Source: Centroscyllium fabricii
Lineage: Eukaryota
NCBI GenBank assembly: GCA_051313645.2
Contig: JBNRSN020000011.1
Coordinates: 125,860,001 to 125,924,000 of the forward strand
Direction: 5' to 3'
Length of the DNA: 64,000 nucleotides
The stretch's first letter is position 1. Each line of letters opens with the position of its first letter. Below the pieces are notes generated by a model. That model worked only from the letters and a program-made list of their open reading frames with translations, did no database searches and was not told where the DNA came from. Below are positions 1-12,200 of the stretch, one piece after another. A program made the translations under genes and the position numbers.

Positions 1-548
1 CAGCCGCTCAGAGACATCCTTGACCCTTGCACCAGGGAGGCAACATACCATCCTGGAGTCTCGTTTGTGGCCGCAGAAACGCCCATCTATTCCCCTTACA
101 ATAGAATCCCCCATCACTATAGCTCTCCAGTCCTTTTCTTCCTGTCCTGTGCAGCAGAACTACCCATGGTGCCAGGAAGTTGGCTGCTGCTGTCTTCCCC
201 CCGATAAGCCAAATCCCTCAACAATATCCAAAGTGGTATATCTGTTTGACAGGGGGATGGCCACAGGGGACCCCTGCACTACCTGCCTGCACCTACTACT
301 CTGCCTGGTGGTCACCCATTCCCTTCCTGCCTGTGCAGCCTTTACCCGAGGAGTGACCAACTCCCTCAACGTGCTATCCACGATGTCCTCAGCATCGCGA
401 ATGCTCCAGTATGTATCCATTCGCAGCTCCGGTGCCGCAATGCGGTCTGTCACTTCCCGCACACATGATCGCCAAGGACACAGGAAATGTCCCTGATTTC
501 TCACATCGCGCAGGAGGAGCATGCCACGGGGCTGAGCTGTCCTGCCAT
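1..548 (-). mobile_element. CR1 LINE ORF1 remnant (zinc-finger N-terminus plus SGNH esterase-like region), continuing off the window edge
   Basis: Minus strand reads MAGQLSPVACSSCAM*EIRDISCVLGDHVCGK from ATG at 548, then VAIPLSNRYTTLD, then FCGHKRDSRMVCCLPGARVKDVSERL. These are typical CR1 ORF1 motifs; stops and frameshifts are present. Confidence 0.8.
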
Positions 549-1162
549 GACTTACCCTTTAATTAAACTAAACCAAATCAATAGCACTAATTACACTACA
601 ATTAAATGATATACTCAAGGGCTCTTGATTACTAGCACTCTCCGATACACAACAGAGACCTCAGAAACTACAACCACAAAAATTAAGGCCTTGTAAATTT
701 TATAAACTCTTAAACTTAACTATAAAACTATAGAGTATAAATACTCTATGGGGAAGGTGCAGTCTGGGTTCAGAATGCATTGGGAATGCGGTCTAGGAGA
801 TTGTGAGCAATGACAGGAACTTCCAGGATCTGGAAGTTGTGGGAAGAAGGATTCCGCGCAGTGGGTGTCTGGGTCGCAGGAAAACTAGGGAGGGGTGTTT
901 GAATTTTGGAGGTCGACAGGGTCTGGGAGAATTGGAGGGAGCAGAGTTATTCAACCTTGTAGGGAGAATCAATCCAGGAAAATGAGACCCAAACTATCCT
1001 TCACCCCTTTCAGACAATCAGGCATCACCCCCTTCCCTCCTCCATAATGTCAGATATGCTCCCACTTTTCCTATCTTTACTTTCCAGCCCTAAAGTAATG
1101 AAAGGTAAATGTTCTGGGGCAGAGATTGTACAATTTCCCCAATACAGCCACAAGCCCCAAAG

Positions 1163-1690
1163 CAGAAAATGTGAAATAACAGAAAATGCTGGAAACACTC
1201 AGCAAGCCAGGCAGCATCCATGGAGAGAGAAACAGAGTTAACATTTCAGGTCTGTGTCCCTTCATCAGAACTGGAAAAAGTTGGGGATGTAACGGGTTTT
1301 AAGCAGGTGCAGAGGCAGGGAAGGAGAGGGGGGAAGGAACAAAAGGGATGGTCTGTGCTAGGATAGAAACATAGAAAACAGGAGCAGGAGTAGGCCATTC
1401 GGCCCCTCGAGCCCCCTCCGCCATTTAATGAGCTCATGGCTGATCATCCAAATTCAGTACCCTGTCACTGCTTTCATAAAATAGCACAGCGGTTCCCAAC
1501 CTTTTCTTTTATGCAGACCACTGCAACGTCATCAAAAGCTTTTGTGGACCACAAAGTGTATCGAATATGATACATACGTGATTATATGGTTATATTATCA
1601 TAAAAAAAAATTCCTGCAGTACCCTCACGGACCACTGGTTGGGAACTGCTGGAATAGCAGATGGAAGGCAGGAGAGATTAAATGTAGGAA
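1163..1690 (-). mobile_element. Penelope-like element terminal fragment with degenerate hammerhead core, interrupted by a CR1 3' tail (~1363-1478) and a hAT MITE
   Basis: Minus strand 1272-1234 reads AGTT-CTGATGA-AGGG..CCT-GAAA-TGTT-AACT. The same repeat recurs at 17415-17545, 33575-34630 and 55965-56040. Confidence 0.65.
1487..1651. mobile_element. hAT (Charlie-type) MITE, 165 bp
   Basis: TIRs CAGCGGTTCCCAACC / GGTTGGGAACTGCTG; 8-bp TSD AAATAGCA / GAATAGCA (7/8 match). Confidence 0.85.
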
Positions 1691-3889
1691 AGAGATGTGG
1701 CTGTGAAAATGAGTCTTGGCAAACACGAGAAGGAAAACCGAAAGCAATTAAGATGAACAAGGTTGAAGAGACAGACGGAAATCCTGTCGGAGAGAAGAGC
1801 AGAACTTCAAGGTGGGCATTTCTAGAAGAGAAGTGGCAGTGAACCAAACACAAATACAATAGCAAAATACTGCGGATGCTGGAAATCTGTGTTAGTGCAC
1901 TATTAATAAGTTTTCAAACAAAATTCACCTTGTAAAATGCTGAAAGGTTAATCGTTTACACTTTCTAATATCTGAAAAAAAAAACTTAAGCCTCAAAAAT
2001 GGTTCAGGAGAGCTTTTAACCAAAATAAAAAGTGACTAAAATGTATAAGCTCATTAATTTGTTTTACTGTCAACAAAGAAAGCACACCTGCTCTAATCAG
2101 GTGTGTTGTCTGTGAGCAGTTAAGAATTTAAAAAATTGTTAAATAAATGTCAAAATTGCCTGAAATAAAGCTTTAAAAATTCAATCTCCAGTTTGTTTCC
2201 AACCCTTTTGGAAAAAGCAAGGAAACTCCGAAATCCTTACAAAGTAAGGGGTCAAACCCGTCCGCATTTGCTCATGTCGATTTGCTGTTGCATTGATTGC
2301 ATACTGAGAAATTCTGAAAACTGCATCTGCTCAGAATGGACGAAAATGGCTGTAAGCTCTGTGCTTGTGAAATGAAAAAATCCCGTCAAAGCCCAGACTT
2401 TTCAGGCAGACAGACGGAGGCCTTTAAGTAAAAACATTAAAAAGTATTAAGAGACAAAAGATAAATGGATACATTTAATACATTATTTTCTATTTTGTTA
2501 AAACCTTATTTTAGATATTAGAAATTTCAATTACTATGAGGAAAATGGAATTTGTTTTGCAAAAGCATTTTGAGTAATTCAATTGATCCATAAACAAAGT
2601 GCTGGTGAATTAACATTTTGATGTAGAGTTTCCCCATTATAAATGGTTACATGAGATGCTGACAAATGACTGCTTTATAAAAGCAGAACACAGGAAGTAA
2701 AATTAATGTGTACATGAAATGCATGCCATCCACAAGGCTTAATACATAGATATTAAAAACAAAGTAAAATCACAGGAAGCAAATTACTAGTGTCAACAAT
2801 TACAATATTTAATAGCAGGGCTGATGCTATGTATTCATTGATGGGAGAAATTGGAGGGGGTGGGCTGAAATAAAACTGGATGACACAAAATGAGTTCAAT
2901 TTCATGTCTCACCTACTAATGTGAAAATTCTTTTAGAATATTTCAATTCACCACTTCATATTTTCTTTATCTGGTGGAGGTTGAAGATAACCCAAGGCAG
3001 TATCAAAATATACTGGAACAATTTAAAACACACTCAATTCAGGATAAAACAAATCTCAACTCATGTTTAATGGCAAATGCACAAGAAACTCCCAACACAC
3101 AGGAAGTTATAAGTAAAACAAAAGTTACTAGTGGAACCGCTCAGTATGTTGTCAGAACCAACCATGGGAAAGAAATCTGGGTTAAACCGGTTGTTTTTCT
3201 AAAATTGAAACACACACACACACGTTACATTTGCACCACAAAAATCACAATCCGTTACGAGAAAAATGTCAGACTGCACAAGTGAAAGAAAACATAAAAA
3301 TTAATAGAACACTTAAGTTGTAATGGGGACAAAAACTATGCTCTCTCTACCCACAAAGAATTGACACGTTTCTTGATTTGTTAACTTTGTCTCCAAATTA
3401 TAACTTTGAAATGTTCTAATCAACAGCAAGCACAAATTTTATTGCATTAAAAAGACCCTATGTTCCTACTTTCGTTTTACAAGTTAGAGAAATCCAGTAA
3501 CACGTCATTGTCCAGAAGCGATATTTTGCAAATGGGGAATATCCCTTCCCAGCGGCACTTTCTGGTGAAGTGAACCAAGATGAAAAATACGACCTCAAAG
3601 TATAAGCAGGGAAATGTTTAACTGAACAAAATCTTCCCAAACTCTCAGAACTGTCATTGCGTGAGGGCCTCGCACCTCGGTACAGAAAAAAGTGCTTCTT
3701 ACATACACGCCTAATCAAAAGTTTATTATTGTTGTTGAAACCTCCGCATTATTTATTTTTTTAAAGTCACCGAGCTGCCTATCGCCGCCCTCGCCTGAGG
3801 TCACATAAGCGCCAGAGATTGCCTAACCTTAAAAACGACAATAAACTCAAAACCAGTCACCATCAACCAACGGCCACAGCCTTACTCAC

Positions 3890-3990
3890 CCTATCCTGCT
3901 GGCCGAACCTTGCGTTCACCCCCCGCCCCGACTCATGATTGGCAGCGGCACTGGCCACTCAGAACGCACGTTTTGTCCGGACGGACGTGA
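3890..3990 (-). other. Putative first exon of a divergently transcribed gene (possibly ERI3 by synteny; upstream boundary approximate)
   Basis: CpG-rich stretch ending in a strong donor AGG|GTGAGT (intron begins 3889 on the minus strand), just downstream of promoter motifs. Human ERI3 lies head-to-head with RNF220, but no ERI3 coding sequence was recognised here. Confidence 0.45.
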
Positions 3991-4180
3991 TAACGACCAA
4001 TAGAATTAGAGAGGCGGAGCAGGGGTTGGCGCTCCGCCCACTTTTTGAACCGGTCGTCAGAAGGTTTGCTTGAGAGGACAACATGGCGGGCTTTCTCTTC
4101 GAGCCGTTCTGGGAGTTGTAGTTCGAAAGATCGCCCCCGCCCCGGAGTCCGGAACCGGGACAGTTCCAACTTCCCAACTT
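3990..4180. promoter_or_regulatory. CpG-island housekeeping-type promoter
   Basis: CCAAT 3997-4001, GC box 4031-4040, YY1-like ACATGGCGG 4081-4089, ZNF143/THAP11-type ACTACAACTCCCAGAA (minus, 4107-4122), ETS-like CCGGAA ~4150. Confidence 0.75.
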
Positions 4181-4540
4181 TAATGCAGCACGGCCTTTTC
4201 TTGGGAGTGTGAATCAGCCTAAAGTATTCGTCGGCAGTTTTATTAAACCGATCTGTCAGGTTTTTTTTTAGCCTGGTTCATTTTGAGCCTGTCGCCAACT
4301 GTCGATCGTTTTATCCATTTTTTGGCGACTCCGTTTATAATAAAATATTCCTCAGTGATTTGAACTGGTTACTTATTTTCAAGGCGAATCTTAATGGCAA
4401 AGTTCAGACCGACGACAGTGTTTGGAGCCCTGAAGAAAATAAACACCCCATCCGCAAATTTTAATAATAAATCGAATAATATCGCTCGATTATAAATGTG
4501 ATGCTATTGATTAGTGCATCAAGTTTCACATTCAATGGAA

Positions 4541-4628
4541 AGGACTACAAATACCGACTGCCCTTGCGCTCTGATGTCTCTTCAGTAGCTGAGAGTGTTG
4601 GTGCTGCGAGCACTGGGAGTTGTAGTCT
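4541..4628. promoter_or_regulatory. Convergent pair of ZNF143/THAP11-type ACTACA motifs
   Basis: GACTACAAATACCG (+, 4543-4556) and GACTACAACTCCCAG (minus, 4613-4627). Confidence 0.55.
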
Positions 4629-6313
4629 TAATGCCCACATCCCATTCAGCAGGCGCACAGACACGGTCAATTGCGACCCACTGCATTGGGTTTTGCTGTA
4701 AGATACCTTGAATTTACAATTAATGTTAAATTTATTGCCATTTTACAATCCGAATTTAGAATTCAGTTTTTGATTCGTGTCACATTTTTGTTTGGCGATC
4801 AGATAAGTTTAAATCATACATTTTGCCATTATCTCCGACAATAACCTCAGTCAAAACATTTGCAATCACTATCGCAATATCAATTATTTATGCAATTATT
4901 GATAACATTTTAATTAGTACTGAAGTACACTATTATTGTCCTATTACCAAAATTATTTTATTTATCACTTTTTTTCTAAAGTTTTGACTGAATCCATTAC
5001 AATATAATTATCTGATGATATGCTGTAACTAAACTAATTCATCTAGAAATAGCAGAAACATAAAGATGTATCCCCTTTCTTGCCGGTTAGCTTTCGGTGA
5101 TAATGGCACCGAGACTTCTGAATTCTAAAGGAGTTACATTATTTTTAGATTTTTTTGTAAATGCTAGCTTATGCATCGATTTTGTTAATTGTTTGGGGTA
5201 AATCTTAAGTGTATATTTTGTTGTGTTCTGCAATATATTTGTACTGTCAGCTAGTTCTTCATCCGAGCTCCTTGGTACTGTTGAGCTGTTCACGTTCAAT
5301 GGGAAACTGAGATAATTAATAATGTTAGGTATTGATTTTTTGGTGTTTGTTGAAATACAGGCTTATGTAGGCCATCAAAAGGGTTAGTGCAACATTAATA
5401 GATACAGCCGCAGAGCAAATTTATCAATCTTGCTATGACTTTATTTTACTTTGTATTTTTGTACAATTAGTTGATTGATTTTGTAAGTGATGGCTGTCGT
5501 TATGTCTTTTCAGGCCTTGCCTTTTTATTCGTTGAGCAACCCCGTCCGGAACTTAGAGGAAGAACTTCGATCCTGGAACTTTTTAACTTTTTTTTAAAAG
5601 TGTTATTATTGAAGATTTAATTCCCACCCCTCCCCAAATCTACATTATTCAGTTGGATCGATTATTGTAGTTTGCAGGAGGATAAATAATAATACATCGT
5701 CGAAGAACAAGTGACTGGAAATAACTGACTAGAAAGTTAGGGTCGGAAGAGGAATTTTCTTTTTAAAGAATAAAGCAAACGAAACGATGAAGAAACGATG
5801 TGGCGAAGCAAAAGAAGACCCACGAAACACGAAACAGAAAAGCAATGAAAAAGAGTGCACACTCAGGGGGGGAAAGAGTTACCTGAAGCCGAGAATGATC
5901 AAAATAAACTGGGAATACACTGAGAGTGCAACCTGGGAAAGAGAAGGGACATTCAGAAATCCGGGTAAGTGAAGGGGCAAAAAGGAAAACCCCCTGCAAC
6001 AGATGACACCGAAATTCTGCACAGACAGCAAGGACAGTGGGAAGGTTGTCTCGAAAGGGACCGAAAGCAGAAAAAGATCAAGTCGAGAATCAAAAGGAGG
6101 AAAGAAAGTCAACAGTTCCAAGTAAAAAGCGGAGTCGCTTATAAGAGAACAAAAGTTTTTTTTAAAGGGACAAGGCTATTGTACAGCAGAAAAAGAATGG
6201 AGATGAAGGGAAAGGAAACAGCAAAGGGTAAGAACAAAAAAAATACTCCGGAGAATGACAAAAGAAAGCAAGGAACGCGAAAGGGAATCAAAAAGAGAAG
6301 GCAGTGTAAAACA

Positions 6314-6555
6314 TGATGTGGAGGTGCCGGTGTTGGACTGGGGTGGACAAATGTGAGAAGTCACACAACACCAGGTTATAGCCCAACAGTTTTATTTGAA
6401 GTCACAGGCTTTCAGAGCTCCGAAAGCTTGTGATTTCTAATAAAACTGCTGGACTGTGACCTGGTGTTGTGTGACTTCTCACACTTGTCCATCCCAGTCC
6501 AACACCGGCACCTCCACATCAAGGTTATAGTCCAACAGCTTTATTTGAAATCACA
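6314..6555. repeat. Penelope-derived ~208-bp imperfect palindrome (6314-6521) plus a third partial arm
   Basis: TGATGTGGAGGTGCCGGTGTTGG...CCAACACCGGCACCTCCACATCA centred on GAGCTC (6415-6420); same repeat unit as 63156-63335. Confidence 0.8.
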
Positions 6556-6889
6556 GTATAAAACAATAGACAGTGGCAAAGAAAGTGTAAATACACGTAG
6601 TACAGAGGGACCGAGGAGTTCTATACTTTTTTTTAACCAGTCAGAAACAATTTTAAAAATGGGGAAATTTTAAACACACGAACAATAGAAAGGAAGAATA
6701 AACAGCAGATGGATGGAATTGTTTAAGTAAATACAAAAGAGGTATACACATTTTTTTAAAGTATACATCTCCAATAAAAAAGGAAAGATTGAATCGATGA
6801 AGCAAAAAAGGAAAAATGAGAGAATGAATAATGAAGTAATGCAAAGAGGGGGAAGAGGGAAGGCAACGAGGAAGAGCTGAAGCGAAGAG

Positions 6890-6990
6890 TGAGGACTACA
6901 ATTCCCAGGGGGCAGTGTGCGGGCAGTGCGGCTGCGCAGTGGGCTGGCCGGGGCTGCGCTGCTATATTGCTGTCCCGGCCAGTGAGTTCT
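6890..6990 (+). promoter_or_regulatory. Probable RNF220 promoter
   Basis: ZNF143-type ACTACAATTCCCAG at 6895-6908, followed by GC/CpG-rich sequence, ~1.5 kb upstream of exon 2. Confidence 0.6.
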
Positions 6991-7294
6991 GAAATTGACA
7001 CACACACATATACACACTGAGCCAAGCGGCAGCAACCGAGCAGCAGCAACGCCACATTCCTCCTCTGATCGGACTGGGGATAGGGATCCCTCTGTGCATG
7101 TAATCAACACCATCCTCCAACAGCAGACTTCATTCACACACACACACACACACACTCCGTATTCCAGACTTCCACTCTACAGCCCTCCTATTACTGAAGG
7201 AGAGTTTGGCCAACAAGAAATAAACCTTTTTTTTCTTTTCGCGTGTGTGTATGTTCTATTATAAAAAAAAGTGAAAGCATCCTTGGGAATTAAA
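6990..7294 (+). other. RNF220: Probable non-coding exon 1 of RNF220 (start approximate)
   Basis: Follows the promoter motif and ends at consensus donor AAA|GTAAGT (7295). An alternative donor CCA|GTGAGT exists at 6982. Confidence 0.5.
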
Positions 7295-8282
7295 GTAAGT
7301 ACAGTAATGCAGAATGTGTCGGTGTTGTGTTGTCTCCAACTTTTTGTCCGGAAGTCATTGTGTACATGCTTCACGGTGTCGGTGCGTGCACCTTGCAATT
7401 AAAAAACATTTATAGTAAAAAAATAGTTAGTCCAGACAGTTTGCGTTCATTGCTTGCATTACAACGTATCGCCTTAGCTATTTAATGCCTTATTTAAAAT
7501 AAATTGCACTATGCTGAACTGAATGTGCTAATTGTATTCATAGTCACTTATATAATGTGCATCTATGTAGTAATATCTGTGCTAGTGTTAATTCCATATG
7601 GCATAACTGCTTAGCTCTTCGTGCTGTTACCTGTTTTATTTCTTGATGATGGCTACTAAGTATCATTAAATTAGCTGTTTAATTAGCCTCAGTTTCAAAG
7701 TTGCAATGAATTATCTGGCACTGGACGTTATTAATCTTGATAGTTGTAACAAAAGTAGCAACTCGGTTTTTTGGTGTCTTGATGCCTGACGACGAGAAAA
7801 GTATGAGATGATTTAGTGCCGGTACATTTCGATTTTTGGCTGGAGTCCTGCTTTCTCTCCTTTTTACCAGCCCTGTCATTCGTTATTAGTTACTATTGAT
7901 CGCTTTGCAAAGTGATAACTGAACTAAAATTAATGTCAATTCTAACGCGTAAATCAATACCGTTAAGTTATTTTAATCTTTACTTTTTTTTACCATGTGG
8001 CAAATTAAAAATCCAAAAAAGGTAAATATATTTGTCTAAAAAAGAAAACCGTAAAAAACTACTACTTTTATTTTTGGTGAGCAGGACTTTGGGAGGAAAA
8101 GACTGCTTCATCAGTAACCGCCTCCTGTGAATTCGGAGCAATAAATGCATTTTTGATCACAGGGCTGTAGAGGTTCTGTTATTTGGGGTCAGTCTTTAAG
8201 CCCGTGACACTTTGACACCAGAGTGTATTAAGTATAGATTTTCATAATTACTGTGGTCAAATAGTACCTAATCTATACAAGC

Positions 8283-8449
8283 NNNNNNNNNNNNNNNNNN
8301 NNNNNNNNNNNNNNNNNNNNNNNNNNNNNNNNNNNNNNNNNNNNNNNNNNNNNNNNNNNNNNNNNNNNNNNNNNNNNNNNNNNNNNNNNNNNNNNNNNNN
8401 NNNNNNNNNNNNNNNNNNNNNNNNNNNNNNNNNNNNNNNNNNNNNNNNN
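8283..8449. other. Assembly gap (N run) abutting a (GT)n tract
   Basis: Ns in the sequence. Confidence 0.99.
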
Positions 8450-8495
8450 CGTGTGTGTATGTGAATATTTATTTTTGTTCTCTTTATTAATACAG

Positions 8496-8608
8496 GGTCT
8501 ATCAAGCTGTGGTGGTAATGATGTCACCCTGCTCTTTATAAAGCCAGCCTTGCCTGCATTTGAGAAGGTCATTATATAATTCTGGTACCAGGGAGCAAAG
8601 AGTTTCCA
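8496..8608 (+). other. RNF220: RNF220 exon 2, 5' UTR portion
   Basis: Polypyrimidine tract plus TACAG| acceptor ending at 8495. Confidence 0.8.
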
Positions 8609-9236
8609 ATGGACTTGCACAGAACAGCTTTCAAGATGGAGAATTCTTCCTACCTCCCTAATCCCCTTGCATCGCCAGCTTTGATGGTCCTAGCCTCGAC
8701 AGCAGAGGCTAGCCGAGATGCCACCATCTCTTGCCAGCAACCTAGACCTTTTGGAGTACCTGTCTCAGTGGACAAAGATGTCCACATCCCCTTCACCAAT
8801 GGTTCCTATACCTTTGCCTCGATGTACCATCGTCAGGGCGGGGTGCCAGGGGCCTTCCCGAACCGGGATTTTCCCCCTCAGCTTTTGCACCTGCATCATC
8901 AGTTTGCACCTCCAAATCTGGACTGTACCCCCATCAGCATGCTGAACCACAGTGGTGTTGGGGCATTCCGACCTTTTGCCTCGGCTGAAGACAGAGACAG
9001 TTACCAGTCCGCCTTTACACCTGCCAAAAGACTAAAGAACTGCCATGAAACCGAATCCCCTCATCTGAGGTTTTCGGACTCTGAGGGCAAGGAATACGAG
9101 TTCACGACCCAGCTCCCATCCAGTTCCCCCAGCTCACTGAAGCTAGATGACACTGGAAAAAAGGTCTTTGCTGTGTCAGGTCTCATCTCCGACCGAGAAA
9201 ACTCTGCAAGCCCTGAAGAAAGTCGAAATGAGAGAT
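8609..9236 (+). CDS. RNF220: E3 ubiquitin-protein ligase RNF220, first coding exon (209 codons + 1 nt, phase-1 intron follows)
   Basis: MDLHRTAFKMENSSYLPNPLASPALMVLASTAEASRD...AFTPAKRLKNCH is near-identical to the vertebrate RNF220 N-terminus; donor GAT|GTAAGT at 9237. No further RNF220 exon was recognised in the window. Confidence 0.96.
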
Positions 9237-12200
9237 GTAAGTGTTCTTTTACTTGTTTTAACTTCTTTGGGCCCTTTTTATTTTGCAAATTGAAATTTTA
9301 CAGCATGTACCCGGAACTTGTGACGACCATTTAAAAAAATGCTTAACTGGCAGTATTTAACTATTTTGGAATAATGTTTCATATTTTAGTGTGTTAACTG
9401 TGCTTGATAATTTATCTTTGTATCTGAAATAAAATATTATTGAATATTAGTACATGTATATTGTTAATTTAAAATCTAAACCACTTAAACTTTCAGAATA
9501 ATTATAATTTTTTCTTGATGAAATCAGGAGCTGAAATATGTGGGCAACATCTACGGTAAATGTTCTTGTCGATCTATCACGTATCATCTTGTGTGCTCTA
9601 ATTTCAGTTGCGGATGTATGTCCGTCACGATGCAGATATTTGTTTGCTAGAGAGCATAGTTTTTAATGGCCTACAGTTTAAAATAAAACTAAGTAAAACA
9701 GAGTTCTATCTTCCAGTGATTAAAATCCTCCAAAAAGAATGAAGTGATCATCATGTCTTTTGTATACAGCTGATGCTTTAAATATTCTTTTAAAGAAAGA
9801 TTTGTTATCACTGACATTTCTCAACCTTCCCCCCCCAACCGAATAACTCCTGGGAAAAAAAAGACCCTATAACTGAGAGGAAGCCAATTCCCTGCATCTG
9901 TATTGTGATGTTTGTTGAGTTAAATTGCAATTCCAGAAGTTTGTGGGGGCTCATCAGCGGCCTGAGAAGAAAGGTACTGCTCAGAGGATGAGGTGATAAT
10001 GGGTGATAAGTTAACAAGCCTCAGCTGTGGGAAGCTACTGACTTTTGTTACTGTTTGTTTTGGTTGAAGAAAGAGTAAGAGGCGGCAAGGGAAACAAGAG
10101 AAAAAGTGAGAATAATAATAGAAGTGGAAAAAGACAGGCGGAAAGTGAAAGCAAAGCGAAGTGAGTGATAAACAATAGAATTAAAAGCTCGTTGGACAGA
10201 TGGATGAAAATAGAAAAAGCTGAATAAAGATGATGTTAAAAGCGTAGACTGTGGAAAGTAACTCAGAAGGGCTACATTATGGTAAAGAATGAGTGATTAA
10301 TCTGCACTCGTTGAGTCAGAATCCAGGCCCCTATCTTCCTTCCTGAGCAGTTAACAAAAAAAAAACCTTAAAACAACAAAACATGGATGTCTTTGCTTCC
10401 TTCCTGACAGGACCAACCTGGTTGCTTTTCTTCTTCATAAATTTCTTTTGATTTATTGAGCAAACAAATTGGAGCACTGGTGGGTGAGATGGCAAATGAT
10501 AGGGAAAGTAGCGCAGATTGAACCCCATGGTAATATTCTCTTTTCTCACTGCAAGTAAACTTTAGCAAGGGTGTTCTTATAATCATATGGCCATTGGGGT
10601 GTTTTGCAGTACTTAACCAGATGTGAAAAGGCTGATCTTTTCAGTTCTCCCCACTGGTTTGCAACTGGCATCCCTTTCACATTTCTTTAAGTGCTTCCCT
10701 CCCCTCTTTTCCTCTACCCTCTTCTTATGGTAATGATAGCCACTAATATGGAAAAATCGAGAGGAAGAAGGCAGTGCTGGATCGGCTTTGAGCACTTGCT
10801 GAGAGCCGGTATTATACAGCCTCAGTCTTTAAGCCTGTGGTGTAGCGAAAAGGATTTGAGGGTTGTTGGAATGAATATTGAGGTGCGAAGGAGATAAGAG
10901 AAAGGACAATTGGCCTTTAACACTGTGCCATTTGTTATAAGGCTGAGGTGTGAGTTGACACAGTAAAAAAAAAAACTACCTTGCCCTATGCTGTGTATTA
11001 AATTGCATGCAGCTGGATTAAAGACGTCATTTAAGCAGATAAATATATATTGGCAGCTTTATATGATTGTAAATAAGAATGCTCAGGAAAAAAATGATGC
11101 TCGAGGAAATTGTTGAAATAGCCCTCAAATAGTTTGGTTTCATCCAAGATAAGTACATTATTTTAAAACTGATTTCATAGATTCTGACTTGCTTGACATC
11201 TGCAAAGTGTATCGAGCCAATTGCACACCCAAAGTATTTGTTTCGTATCAAAGCAACATTAAACCTGTTCTTCGATATTCCAAGCCATCTGCTTTTGTTT
11301 TAGGAATTATTTTTATCTCTCAACCAAGATGAGAGGTCTATTTTGTGGATGATGATGAAAAACAAATGCATTAAAAATTATAAACCTGATTTGTTACAAA
11401 TAACTTTGCTGAAACTTATATCACTGATTTGCAGGAAAATTCAAGCGGCAATTAAAATTCCAAGTTAAGTTCATCCAGACATTCCTTTACTTATTATCCA
11501 TTTTTTTCAGGGAGGGGTTACTGATATCTGCGTTATAAATTTAGATTTTAAGAATGGCCGTATCATACATGAATGCTCAATGTGGATCATTCATTGACAA
11601 TCTTTTTTTAAAATTGTATTTGATTTTTAAAAATTGACAGTAATGTGACATTTCTTCAACTATATTTGTGATTAAAATTGTTAATTATGTCTGTTAAACA
11701 ATCTATACATTTATAGCTTTATCTATTGCACTGTCTATGTATTACTATTTATTGCTATAGCTACTTTTAGTTAACACTGATTACATTGCACTGCTGTGTA
11801 GGATAAATGGTTGATTTACAAAGTGGAGTTTCATTACGAAGGCTGTAGCCTGAAATATTGCAGCTAAATGGTAATATGTATGGAATTTTTGGGGGCTGCC
11901 AGAGGCTTAGTACGCAGATCTGTCACTTTCCCTGAGCAACAACCCTGACGACCTCTATTCAAAGTGCCATCGATTTCCTTTCTTTTTTTCTTCCCAAAAA
12001 ATCTGTTACACGACTGCTGCCAAGGGAGTACCTGCTCGCCCGCAGCATAACACTTCTCTTTTAAATACCGGTCCTCAAAGATAAAAGTGAACCAATACAA
12101 ACTTTGAAAATTTTTCTTCAATAAAACAAATTGTGTATATATGGTGAAGTCACGCAGATTTCCCGTTCCCTCATGTATTTTCTTTTTTTTTTAAGAAGTC

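Noticed and set aside
3458-3718. 86-aa minus-strand ORF as an ERI3 coding exon
   Set aside because: No recognisable ERI3/DEDDh motif and no clear splice sites.
5763-6316. Lys/Arg-rich ORFs
   Set aside because: By-products of a purine-rich low-complexity tract; no domain signal.
6903-6917. CTCF site overlapping the ZNF143-type motif
   Set aside because: Only the 3' half matches; the ZNF143-type motif explains the sequence.
8609-9334. 241-aa ORF as a complete protein
   Set aside because: RNF220 similarity stops at the GTAAGT donor (9237); the remainder is intron.
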